A stretch of DNA of 62,920 nucleotides, filler included, from Octopus bimaculoides (lineage: Eukaryota), in NCBI RefSeq assembly GCF_001194135.2. It is 7 parts of 7 records of this genome, joined end to end, with 100 filler letters (N's around TTAATTAATTAA, not from the genome) between each part and the next. Parts side by side here need not be neighbours in the genome. Positions count along the whole stretch, not along the records: positions 16,841 to 48,049 come from NC_068985.1; 6 more parts are not named here. One strand, given 5' to 3'. Shown one piece after another: positions 25,147 through 37,872 of the stretch (position 1 is the stretch's first letter; each line of letters starts with the position of its first letter). The position numbers and the translations under genes are program-made. The notes beneath the pieces were generated by a model. That model did no database searches. It was not told the origin of the DNA and saw nothing but the letters and a program-made list of their open reading frames with translations.

Positions 25147-25594
25147 TTGTGTGTATGCGGGTGTGTGTGTCTGTTCATGTGTCTGTATGCAGTATAAAGT
25201 TTTATATAAATATTTCTCGTTAAAATTTACAATGTTACTAAAACTTTTTCTAGCATTAAAGTATACTAATTTTATTAAAATTTTCGAAGAAGCAGATTAA
25301 CATAGAGCTGATGGAAGGAATTTTGTGCGTTTCCAGTTTTTACATATGTGTTATACTGTAATCCATATCAAAGAACTTTTTTCAGTACGGATTAACATCT
25401 ACGACGTGTGCTTGAAAAGCTGAAAACAGCGAAACGCGCTTACTGAGAAATCTTCCTTCCATCAACAATGCATTAATCTGCTACTTTTTACAGAATTTTT
25501 AAAATGAATTGCTTTTCATTGCAGAAAGCTTTTTTTACTTTTTAATACACGCACACATCTAAACATACATATGTGTGTGTGAGTATAGAAAGAT

Positions 25595-25712
<118 letters not shown>

Positions 25713-25947
25713 CCTGGGAACCTCAGGTTAAACGATTTATAATATTCTTAATTAACTGAACTTGCAATGCAAAATAAAATATTTCAGGGCAACTTGAAAT
25801 TAAATAATATGCCTTTTATTTCGATATTTCGAGTTTTGATGAAAAACACACTTAGTGAAGGTTCTAGTGTACCATTAGTTAGAAAATTACTATTTTTAAA
25901 TCTCACAACGAGAGACATTCAGCAACAGTACTTTGGAGTAAAGATTA

Positions 25948-26294
25948 TTTGCCATCATAACATTGTAGTCTTGGTTTAGGACGAATGATACTGTAATTTA
26001 ACCCCAGGAGACATCTTCTCCAGATGGCTATACGACACGATCTGTGTTCTTATATTTTCAAATAAACGAATCTAGCACCCCCACTCAGCTCAAAACAATA
26101 TCTGTGTATCGCGATTTCCGGGTTATTTACCTTCATCAGCACAGAATAATTGTTAGGCAAATTCTCGTTCCAAATTCTCGTTCGAAATATATATAAGGAC
26201 ACAGATCACGTCGTATAGCTGGAGAAGATGACTCCTGGGGATAAATTACAGTAACATTCGTCCTAAACCAGGACTGCCATGTTATGTTGGCAAA
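25948..26294. mobile_element. Foldback element (~105-bp inverted arms) with hammerhead-like motif in the loop
   Basis: 25948-26057 pairs with ~26187-26294; terminus resembles that of 60420-60711. Confidence 0.85.
26101..26145 (-). ncRNA. Minimal type I hammerhead ribozyme-like motif
   Basis: TCTGTG-CTGATGA-A-GGT(AAATA)ACC-CG-GAAA-TCGCGAT-A-CACAGA: 6-bp stem I, intact core, palindromic ATCGCGAT stem III, AUA site; two extra nucleotides between stem II and GAAA. Confidence 0.65.
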
Positions 26295-26669
26295 TTATCT
26301 TTACTCCATACCATTAGCTGTACGTTTGATCGGAATATATTTAATGTGATTAAATTGTAAGAGTCATTTCTTTCTCTCATTGCTCCTAATCATGTGTTAC
26401 CGAGGTGCCACACAATTATCAATGTTAAATCGAAGTAAAATAAATTATATTTGAACTTTGAGGAGAACCGGTTTATTGGTCGTACTTTATAGTTTCCAGG
26501 ATGCAAGAGTGCTGGCTTTCCAGAGCGTCTTGTGCAGAGGTGTCAAACCCTTTGTATGTAATGGAAAGAAGTTTTCATATTTTATGGGACAGTGGTAGAA
26601 TATTAATACGATTACAAAGTTTATTTCTCATTATATCTGAGCTAAGTGGATACGATTAATAGAACTCTG

Positions 26670-26950
26670 TCAGTTACGATGACGAGTGTTCCGGTTGATC
26701 TGATCAACGGAATAGGCTTCTCGTGAAATTAGCACGCCAGTTGCGGAGTTCTCCACAGGCACGCGTAACCTTAACATAGCTCTCAAGGATATTCAGCGTG
26801 ACCTTCAATGAGACAAGGCTGGCACTTTCATATAGAGGTACTACTCATGTTTTCTAGCTGATTGGACTGAAGCAACGTGAAATAAAGTGTCTTAGTGCCG
26901 CAGTGTATGGATCTCACATTCTTGCGGTCTGAGCCGGATACCTTAAGTAT
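26670..26950 (-). mobile_element. SINE related to family C, degraded
   Basis: Reverse complement matches the body of 10143-10530 (cacgctgaatatcc..gagaactacgttaa..aatttcacgag..ctgttccgttgatc). Confidence 0.65.
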
Positions 26951-27799
26951 TAGCCCTCTTGCCGGATACGATTACCGATTTGACCGTAACTAAGGTACAT
27001 TAAACTGCATCCTGGTCGCACTTCCCTCGTGATAAGCTCATATTTCTGTATGCCTAAACGTCCGTTCAGCTATAGTTGAAAAAACGTGAGTGGGTGGTAA
27101 TTAAGTGTTTCATATTTTGAAAGACAGGCTTCAGCTTTTTTCACATAAATGTGCTTCAAAAGATTCCTGTCATCCACCATGTTTTACGTCATAAGGAACC
27201 TCTGTAGGAAGGTCTCTGCATGATTTTAAGCTATGGGAGATTCAAACTTTAAGAGTTGCGTTTTAGTTGCAACTCTTTTAATCTTTCAGTTTTTTTCCCC
27301 ATATTTTTCTAGTTATTCTTAATTAAAGATAATATTACTCTTTCATTTGCCATCTTCTGCAAATCCACTAATTTTCGAACCAAAAAGTAACTGTTACTGA
27401 GCACAAACTAAAAACTGTCATAAAACATATCAAAATAAATATTTACAAAAGAAGCTTAGAATTTAGTAAAAAAAAAATATTTTTTTATATATTAAAACAC
27501 TAAGAAACCTAAGCAAAGGAGGAATTTGCCAAAACAAGCAGCAGTAAGTGAATTGTATGAATGCAATCAAAAATCTATTTAGTTAATATGAGTTTGAGGA
27601 TAGATTCGTTTGATTAGGCTCGCGTTCTCTACAAAAAACTGCCCATTGTTGAATTAAAATTATCAAAAACACTTTTATGTTCATGGTGTAAATATACGGG
27701 CATACAATTCTGCAGACAATACTGTCAATTCGTGTTACCAGGCTTCCAAAAATTGATAAGGATTTACCAAGTATTTTCAATATATTTGCGACCAGTATA

Positions 27800-28025
27800 A
27801 TGCGGCGAGCTGGCAGACAAGTTAGCACGCAGGGCGAAATACTTAACAGTATTTCATCTGCCGCTACGTTCAAAGTTCAAATTCCGCCGAGGTTGACTTT
27901 GCCTTTCATCCTTTTGGGGTCGATTAAATAAGTACCAGTTACGTACTGAGGTCGATGTTATCGATTTAATCCCTTTGTCTGTCCTTGTTTGTTCTCTCTA
28001 TGCTTATCCCCTTGCGGGCAATAAA
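27800..28025 (+). mobile_element. SINE family B (GGCGGCGAGCTGGCAGA head)
   Basis: gcggcgagctggcagacaagttagcacg...ttcaaattccgccgaggttgactttgcctttcatcc...ataagtaccagttacg; many further copies in the window. Confidence 0.85.
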
Positions 28026-28489
28026 TAAATATATTTACGACGAGAACATAACTATGTGAACTTCGACCAAACTATAAGATTATTTTCAGGGTGTTTTTAT
28101 TTTTATTTTTTGTCTTTTTTTACCCTTTGTTCCTTTTACAAAATGGGGAGGAGATTTATTGTGTTGAAAAAAATCAATAATTTGTTTCTGTCTTCCACTG
28201 AATTTATATTTTACTGTTATAGTTTTTTTTTTTTTCTCGCTAAGACAATTTGGAACTTAAAGGTCCGTTCCAAACACAGGAAAATGCATCCCATATAATT
28301 ATCACAGAGTCTCTATGCCATACAGTTGTTGAACTGCACACTTGAAGTCGAAGAGCTTCACCAGTCGTGTGATAGTATGCTTCTAGGGCATTACTACGCA
28401 GTGCAACAGCGCAACTCACCAATCAAGAGGACTTTTCGAAACCAATCTTAATCGTTATTAACATGGTGTTCCCAAAATTGGCAATCACT

Positions 28490-28670
28490 CTTTAGTCTGG
28501 CAAAATCGTTAGCACGATGACCAAATTGTTTAGTGACATTTTGGACGTCTTTACATTCTGCGTTCAAATTCCACTGGGGGTCAACTTTGCATTTTATCCT
28601 TTGAGGGTCTATAAAATAAGTACCAGTTGGGTACTGGAGTCGATGTAACAGGCTTACCCTCTCTCCCAAA
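28490..28670. mobile_element. Rearranged SINE family B fragments
   Basis: Head fragment followed by ttcaaattccact..gtcaactttgcattttatcc..taagtaccagttgggtactggagtcgat. Confidence 0.55.
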
Positions 28671-30073
28671 ATTTCTGGTTTTGAAACCATTCCTTATATC
28701 TGGAACAGTCTTGTTTAAACAGTCTTTGACTAGTTTCATACTTGTTACAGATGTTTCTTTTTTTCTTTTTACTGGACAACAAATAATTACACTCTATGAT
28801 CAGGTGTACTACTTGTAGCTCAGGCCTCTGAATCCTTTCTTTGGTTCAACAATAAACGTTTTTCTAACAGTGCAGACAAATTCTCATTAGAAGAGGCACT
28901 TTGTTTAATTGTTTATTCTTCGTTAGATTGTTGATCTAATATGTCCCCACGTGCATCCAGAAACATTGCAAATCGATTTTTTAACAATTACATTCGGAAA
29001 AAATTGCCATGTTATTTCAAGGCATAATAAAAATAAGATGTAACATCAAAATATAATTTATCCATCGCAGTTGTAACTGAAATTATTAAGACACACTAAA
29101 AAGAAAGCCAAAAGTACACGGCTTGACATTTCAGATCTCTTTTCAAGCATACTATTGGAAAAGACAATCCAACACAAGACTACGATTCCTATTTTCTGCT
29201 TGAATTTCGATTTTTACTGTTCCTTAACTACGACCTTGGCCATTATAGATGAAACAAAATTTGAAACATCTCAAACTTTTGATTTTCATCATGAAACACA
29301 AAAGGCAACTTTGTATAACAAGGTTTTTTTTTCTTAAAGCTGTTATCTAAAACATGTAGTGAGAGGATAACATCGGTTAGGGCGAACAACCTGTTTCAAT
29401 TCTCATCTATATTACACATTTGCGGATAAATAGAAATTTGTTTACCCACTTCCCTTGTGAATATGTGTATATAAGTATATGTATATCTATATTTATATAT
29501 CTATATATCTAACTATCTAGATAGATACAAAGATTCTATAATTATAAGCATAGTTATAATTAGGGTTCAGAAAATTGCTTCACCGCATACCGAAATTTAG
29601 AAATAGCAGTTAAATACTATTTCTCTACAATAAGATATCTCCTACACAGTAATACTCTGAATTCAAGTAGGTAAAGAGAAAAAATAACGAATCCACTCGG
29701 CTTTGATCAACCACATATGCGTTTCTGGATTAAAGAGATGTACAATTTTATTTTTCCTCCCTTATTTCCGTCTTCAGTGTAGTATTTTAATTGTAAATTT
29801 GAGTAATAAATTGATAGTAAACTGCAGTTTCTGCAGGATTACTCGTAACACACGTGGGTGGTTGGGGAACAATGCGAGTTCTCACTCGTCTGTATAAATT
29901 CGGAAGTGCTGGTTTTTTGGATATTAGCTATTCGATGTCGCTTGGTCGACTACGTATTTAAATATTAGTACTCTCAAATTCACAAATGAAATACTATACT
30001 GAAGACGGAAATAAGTGAGTATAAAATAATCTAGTCCAGTTTTTTACATTTCATGTCCTATATATCTCCTGCT

Positions 30074-30462
30074 GGAGGCGCAATGGCCCAGTGGTTAGGG
30101 CAGCGGACTCACGGTCATAGGATCGCGGTTTCGATTCCCAGACCGGGCGTTGTGAGTGTTTATTGACCGAAAACACCTAAAAGCTCCACGTGGCTCCGGC
30201 AGGGGATGGTGGCGAAACCTGCTGTACTCTTTCACCACAACTTTCTCTCACTCTTTCTTCCTGTTTCTGGTGTGCCTGTAATTCAAAGGGTCAGCCTTGT
30301 CACACTGTGTCACGCTGAATATCCCCGAGAACTACGTTATGGGTACACGTGTCTGTGGAGTGCTCAGCCTCTTGCACGTTAATTTCACGAGCAGGCTGTT
30401 CCGTTGATGGGATCAACTGGAACCCTCAACGTCGTAAGCGACGGAGTGCCAACAACAACAAC
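30074..30462 (+). mobile_element. SINE family C (tRNA head, (CAA)n tail), full length
   Basis: Highly similar to 10143-10530 over ~390 bp. Confidence 0.9.
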
Positions 30463-31259
30463 ATCTCCTGCTGTGTCTGTGTAGTCCTATCCGGGACAAA
30501 CGCTCCCTCTGCAGGGGCCGCAAATGTAGCGAAGACTTTGCCTGGCTGGTTGTAATGTCCTAGTTTCGTGTTGACGTCTTTTCTTGTCTTTCCATTTCTC
30601 CTCTCTCCCTCTGTCACTCCTTTGTATTCCCTCTTCTATGGTGTACTTCTTTGTCCCCCTCTATGTTTAGCCCCTTGTGGGCAATAAAGAAATAAGAAGC
30701 TGAAAGTATACATGGACATGTTACATAGGCAATAGCGTACCTAATCAGATACCGAACCCAAAACCTCCTAGTCAAATGATAAAAGAAATAATCACAATGC
30801 CGTTGCTGTCATAATACAGATACGAATAACCATCTGCGACAATCAACACAAGCTAAACAATTTACTAAGACCACGAGGATGATGGCAATTGACAATTGAA
30901 AAAAAAAAGGATGAAAACAGAAGATAAACAAATCGCGAATAACATTTAATGCAATATAATGTATGGTAGTACAATATTAGATTACTGCAATACAAAATAA
31001 CTAAATTACCATTGATACATTTATTCAGACACAAACATGTCTATGAAAATGGGTGTTTGTATGTGAGTTTGTATATATTATAGCGTATTTAAATGTGCGC
31101 TGTCATGTCTGTGTGCACATGTTTCATTGTATGTAATTATACTTAGGTATTAATATTAAAGAATGTGTTTATGTCCTTTTAAGTATATATTTCTATGCAT
31201 GTACCGATGCATGTACGTGTGTATTTGTGTTAATAATATTTATCTGTGGAAGCAAATCG

Positions 31260-31720
31260 TTATAGATCGGAACAAAAATCCGAGTGTCACTCGACGGACC
31301 ATTTTGTAGTTTGGCGTTTGCTTCATAAAAGTGATCCAGCCTCATTCACGCGGATATTCATATCATGTATACACAATATTTAAGAACAAATGGCGGGCTA
31401 TCTACAGCACAATTACGCAAATTATTCCAACGACTACATTGGCAATTCTTTATATTATGTCTGAAAACTCTGAGCTTTTAAATGGGGAAGTAAACTCCAA
31501 TACCCTGGCGGGTAATGAGGATGGGTAGTGTTAATGTGACCGTAGTGTTACAGAGTTTGTTTGAGAGATTGATAGATATTAGGCATACGAAACGTTATGG
31601 TATCTCTACTGGCGGCATCGAGGTGGGGTAAGAGGGGGAGTACAAGGAGGTGCAACCGTCAGAGACAAATGCGGACGTGATTGGTGACGTGCAATATATG
31701 TCTCCAACGCAGAAGTGATA
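31260..31720. promoter_or_regulatory. Candidate promoter/enhancer island
   Basis: Non-repeat, CpG-richer patch with YY1-like AAATGGCGG (~31388) and CCATTTTG (~31299), and an ATTGG box between two GACGTG cores at 31674-31692. Confidence 0.3.
31457..31511 (+). CDS. Possible first coding exon MSENSELLNGEVNSNTLA(G)
   Basis: ATG within the candidate promoter island; G|GTAATG donor in phase 1; compatible with 36912-36971. Confidence 0.22.
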
Positions 31721-31948
31721 CTTCTGATTAGAACATTCAAATGGACTGTAAATTTTGTATTTATATTTGGGAAATGAAGGAGGGTGACATTGAGACACTA
31801 GCTAAATCTTAATACGGGTATTAAGATAATAATTGGGTAAAATGTGAGAGAGGAGTAATAAGGAAAGTGGAGTCTATGTAAAAGATTATTATATTACGAA
31901 GAGATATTAAAATATATGGTGAAGCTCAATGCGCGCTCTCTCTCTCTA

Positions 31949-32014
<66 letters not shown>

Positions 32015-32392
32015 GAGAAAGAGAGAGATACCTACATATCTATGTATTTATCTATCCAAATATATCTGTGTATACGATATATATATATATATACACATAT
32101 ATACGATAGATATACGAGTGGGTGCTGAAAATGCCTGGTTTTAAGGCTGTCACGAAAGGCCTGGTTGAAGGCCCAACCTACCGAGCTTAGTAAAACGGAA
32201 GGACCGTTACGATAAGTGCGTGAATCTGAGGAATGTTGAATAAAATCATAACTAACTGATCCTCCTGCAGTTCTATATATATGCAAATATATATACATGC
32301 ACATACTCACACTTTTATACACATATACAAAAATACATACATACATATATATATATATGCGAATGTGTGAATTGTGTGCATATTTCTACAAA

Positions 32393-32453
<61 letters not shown>

Positions 32454-35400
32454 TACATATGTGTGAAATTAATTCCACGTGTGGATATGTTTGTGGAGTT
32501 GTTAGCTAACTTCTCCTACATCATTTTATCGATATTGATGAAACGTGACACATGAGTAAATCTCATGTCTGGAAACCTCAGGGCATACTCAGATTGTTGA
32601 AAACATCGATAATAGGGCCCCTGGAAGGGATTCCTATACATATCTACTATGTTATATTGTAAAAACCAAGGGAAATAAACCATTCGTCCCTAGAAGGGAT
32701 CCCTATATATAGCGAAGCGAAATAAACCATTCATTTTCCTAAATTATTTGGTAAAAATGTAATTGAGTATGCTTATTTCTTAGTATTTGAACTGTTAGAG
32801 TTATTTTCGCAATTTATCCAATACAACTCTTAAACACGTAACTAGTATTTTCCTAAACAATAGATCCACTTATTCCAGTTAGTGACGTATTCGCGAATAT
32901 ACCAACACTAGCACCGCTCGGGGGAATATTCTCTAGGAACGCACAAAAGCCCTTTTCAGAGTTATTTTCTTTGCATTGTTATTATCTCATATCTGATTAC
33001 CCTGTTATGACGCAACATGCTTCATGGTTTTAGTATACATACCTTATTAGTATTTCCCCTTATGTTCTGTATAATCTGGGAACGCATTAAAGCCCGCTCG
33101 GGGCTACTTTATTTGAATGCTTACTATGGGGTAACTAATTTCATGTTATTACATAACTGACTTCACAATTTGCGTATTCATAACTTATTGGGAATTTCTA
33201 AAAACAAGATCCTGTATAAGACAGTTCAGTATTCTTTGTAAATGCACAAAAACCGTTTTAAGGGCTATGTACTTGGCATTGTTATTGAATTAGCGAACGA
33301 ATTATGAGAACGGAACCAAGGAATAAACTCCACTTTCCTGGGGATTACGTGTACGTCAGCTAGTATATACATACTTATATACTTATACTTACACATACTT
33401 GTACGTACTTACATACATACATACAATTGTAACAGTTCCACTGTTAGTTGTTTATATTCCGTTGTTGATGACAACAAATGTGTCACGTGTTTTCATTGTG
33501 TTAATTTTGTTTCATGTTTTGTGATTATGCTTATTATACTCGCTACCCCGTATCAACAATTCCATGCCGCTCTAGTTTACCTTCGACTCGTAAAATTCAA
33601 TGAATTTCTCAGTGGATTAAACGTAGCTTAAATTTTCGTCCGGTTTTCTTAGAATGAAATGTCTAAATTGTTCATTGAATAAAGAATACAACATTTATTT
33701 TTGATGTGTATGGTATGGCAATATTTCGTTTTATACGTATGTCGTCTTCTTCGAATAAACGTACAAAGCATAGATCTTAAATGCCTACACGTATACACAT
33801 TCACACGTTTATGCATACAGATGTATAGATAAGTATCTAGATACAATGTCATAGTTATTCATATCGACATAGATATACATATGTGGAAACAAGGATATAG
33901 AAACGCGTGTATTTTATCTACATAAAAATAATATGCAGATTTATATGTGTGTGCATATATTTATGCAGATTAACACACACATTTATGCATAGGCAGGGAA
34001 GATAAATTCATATACACACAGAAACACACAAACAGACAAACATACATACTTATGTGCATACATATATATGTATACACACACACATATATACATATATATA
34101 TAAAGCCATCACGAAATACTTTTTATATTTAACACTTCAACAGACGATCACCTCATCCATTTGATTTCTTTGATATCATATACTCCTAGTGATGCGTTTT
34201 ATATTTCTTTTCTAGAATCTAGGCGCGTAATTGAAACAGATTAATATAGATATATGTTGCTGCGTATATCTATTTTCTTCTAATATCTCACAACAATTCA
34301 TTGAGATTGATACAATATAGCAAACTGAAATAGCTTGTGCTGAAGATCAGGTCCATATACAATAATCAGTGGAGTTTCTTTTCCAAATAGCTGTCGTGAT
34401 TAATACGAGCTGAAAAATAGACTGCAAAACTAATACACTGAAAGGAAACTTATATTTCCTATATTAATATCGAACTAACAAACATATGCTCTCTCTCTGT
34501 ATCGCTCTCTCACTCTCTCTCTCTTTCTCACTCTCTCTCTCTCTCACTCTCTGTGTATATCTCTTACTTTCTTTCTCCAATTCTCTCTTTATGTATTTAT
34601 CTCACAGGCGATATAGTTGAATAGACACACGTACGCTCACGAACATTCAAGCATATATATATATATATATATANNNNNNNNNNNNNNNNNNNNNNNNNNN
34701 NNNNNNNNNNNNNNNNNNNNNNNNNNNNNNNNNNNNNNNNNNNNNNNNNNNNNNNNNNNNNNNNNNNNNNNNNNNNNNNNNNNNNNNNNNNNNNNNNNNN
34801 NNNNNNNNNNNNNNNNNNNNNNNNNNNNNNNNNNNNNNNNNNNNNNNNNNNNNNNNNNNNNNNNNNNNNNNNNNNNNNNNNNNNNNNNNNNNNNNNNNNN
34901 NNNNNNNNNNNNNNNNNNNNNNNNNNNNNNNNNNNNNNNNNNNNNNNNNNNNNNNNNNNNNNNNNNNNNNNNNNNNNNNNNNNNNNNNNNNNNNNNNNNN
35001 NNNNNNNNNNNNNNNNNNNNNNNNNNNNNNNNNNNNNNNNNNNNNNNNNNNNNNNNNNNNNNNNNNNNNNNNNNNNNNNNNNNNNNNNNNNNNNNNNNNN
35101 NNNNNNNNNNNNNNNNNNNNNNNNNNNNNNNNNNNNNNNNNNNNNNNNNNNNNNNNNNNNNNNNNNNNNNNNNNNNNNNNNNNNNNNNNNNNNNNNNNNN
35201 NNNNNNNNNNNNNNNNTATATATATATATATATATATGTAGACGTTCTTTCAAGGCAGTTAATATCCCTTAACATATCTAACAATATATGAATGACATAT
35301 AAAAGTGTTTTCTGCCCTTACTAATTTGTTTGTGTCTGTATTTCTCTGACAGTTTCTGAATGTTTGTATGCTTATATTTGTGTATGTACGTCCATGTACG

Positions 35401-35813
35401 TGTTTGTGTGCGAATTCTTGTGTTAGCTACCATTTCTAAAATACAGGAGGCAACTGGATATTGCTTGGAGGAATATAATGTGCGGGGGAGAAGATTTGCA
35501 AGAAATATTGCGAAGCGGATGATTTAAACGGCACTCACATCAAGCAAAAATATAAAATAAAAATAATGTGTTGTTTTTTTGTTGTTGCTTTTTTTCCCTC
35601 TTTCTTTCAATTGCTAGAGGAAGAATATATCTCTTTAGCAATCGATGACTTGTGATACGATGAAGTTAGAATTTCCTATGACTGATTTGCAAGCGAGCTA
35701 TTGCTGGGTTAATGATTACGCCTGAGTTATTTTCTACCGTAACATTTTCATCAGTCACTTCAATAAATCAGTGCTAGCGTACAATTTGCTGCTTTATACG
35801 TTTGTATGTATGT

Positions 35814-35844
<31 letters not shown>

Positions 35845-35982
35845 CATGTGTGTTTCTGTGTATGTTTGTGAATATATATATAATGTCTGTATATATATAT
35901 ATATATGTGTGTGTGCGTGCGTGTGTGTGTGTGTGCGTGCGTGTGTATACATCATGTATATATACACATACATATATCTGTA

Positions 35983-36103
<121 letters not shown>

Positions 36104-36619
36104 TACACACACACACATACACTAACATATACACACATATACATATATATGCGTGTGACCATATGTTAGAATAAACATCTAAATACATGTTAAGATTGAC
36201 GGAGTGAATGAGAAGTGAAATTTATGCATTTATTTAAGTCAAAATTCGTTGAAGAATACAAAAATTTCCGAAAGTGAGTGATCCAACAGGAATTGCCTCA
36301 CAATTTTCTGTTATAATAATTTTTGTTGGAGAATGAGTGGCGGAAGATTGCCAGAAGAGGTCAATATCTGCAAAATGAGTGAATCCTGTAAATAGATGGA
36401 GACTGTAAAATTAGAATGGTTCTAATCTTGGATTACTATATCGATGGCCCCAACCGTTCTATTTCAGTTAATTTATGATGTTTGTATTGTAAATATTTTT
36501 GTAAAAATCTTGTAAGTTGAGTTGATCTATGATAAATACGTATTTATTTGAAGCTGTTAATGTAACTAATACTGCTTCAATCTCTAATAATTATTTCTAC
36601 TCTAGGCATAAGGGCTCGA

Positions 36620-36808
36620 AAAGTTTTGAGGGGAGGAGATTGTCGATTGTATTAACCCCAGTGCGTGACTGATACTTATTTTATCGACCCTGAAAGGATG
36701 AAAGCCAAAGTCGATTTTGAAGGAATTTGAACTCAGAACGTAGTGGCAGACGATATACCGCTAAGCATTTTGCCTGGCGTCCTAACGATTTTGCCAGCTC
36801 AGCGCCTC
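36620..36808 (-). mobile_element. SINE family B
   Basis: Reverse complement of the family B consensus. Confidence 0.8.
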
Positions 36809-36911
36809 CTTTCTGGCTGTAATAATGCATATGTAAAATTGACTTTTTTTCTGATGATTATTAAAAATTTTTTGAAAGAAGAGAAGGAGTTGTGTACTTT
36901 AACATTTTCAG

Positions 36912-36971
36912 GATCTCTAAAATTAAATGGACAAATGGAAGACTCTAGTCTATCCAAATACATGGAAGAGA
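36912..36971 (+). CDS. Possible 60-nt internal exon (G)SLKLNGQMEDSSLSKYMEE
   Basis: aacattttcag acceptor, gtatgc donor, phase 1-1, open frame; no family recognised. Confidence 0.22.
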
Positions 36972-37872
36972 GTATGCTGTTCATCGTAGTTGCAAACATA
37001 ATGCTAGCGTTCGAGCAAGTGACAGATTAAGTGATCACACGAGGTTAGCAACACATTAGTTGAAGGACATGGTAGAAATCCCTTGGCCCCGGTATCCTGC
37101 TGTGAAATCATCCCAGAAACACACATTTCAATGCAACTAGATCTAAGTTATAAGTCGTTATATTAGAGAACTACAATCACTTCATGTTGCCTGTATAATA
37201 TAGAAGAAACTAATTCTCATTTGAACTCACTTATCTTAATATAAAGTGTATGCATTAAAAAATGTTAATAGGAGTTACACCATTAAGATAAAATGATCAT
37301 CGAATATCAGTGAAAAACCAGCGGTTTCTATACTGGTTGAAACAACGGGTTCTGTATTAGTTGAATCCACAATTAAGAAGTACAACTATTTCATGCTCAT
37401 TGGACATGAAGCTATTACTGAACAAAGGAAGGCAATATATGTTATAATTGAGTAATTTGTGGAATAACTGTTTTCTTTAATCTACTTCAATAGGATTATG
37501 TTTATTAGAGATTGCAGCTCTTTTAGTCTGCAAACAACGTAAGTGGTGCGCTTAAGTACTAGCAAGACGTTAACTGAGAAATGCATAGATATTCTTTTCT
37601 TTCAATATATTGTTCATATTAAGGTAGCAAGCTAGCAAAATCGCTACTGAGCCGGACAAAATGTTTAGGGAATTATAAGGAATGATAAGTCGTTAAATAT
37701 ATTCACCTTTCTTATTTCTTGCATAAAAATTGTATGTTTATAAATATAAACAAATAAAAAGGCAAGAGATAAGAAGGGTGAATATATTTAACTACTTATC
37801 ATTCCTTAAAATTACGGTGTTTAGCAGACAACATCATTTTATCATAATTTCAGTGCATAATAAATTATTTTA

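Noticed and set aside
26485-26590. Possible exon, open in several frames on both strands
   Set aside because: No frame matches a family I recognise and the splice choices conflict; RNA-seq is needed.
28240-28422. EALRLQVC as the missing calcyphosin upstream exon
   Set aside because: It is on the wrong strand and lacks the RGxxGI motif.
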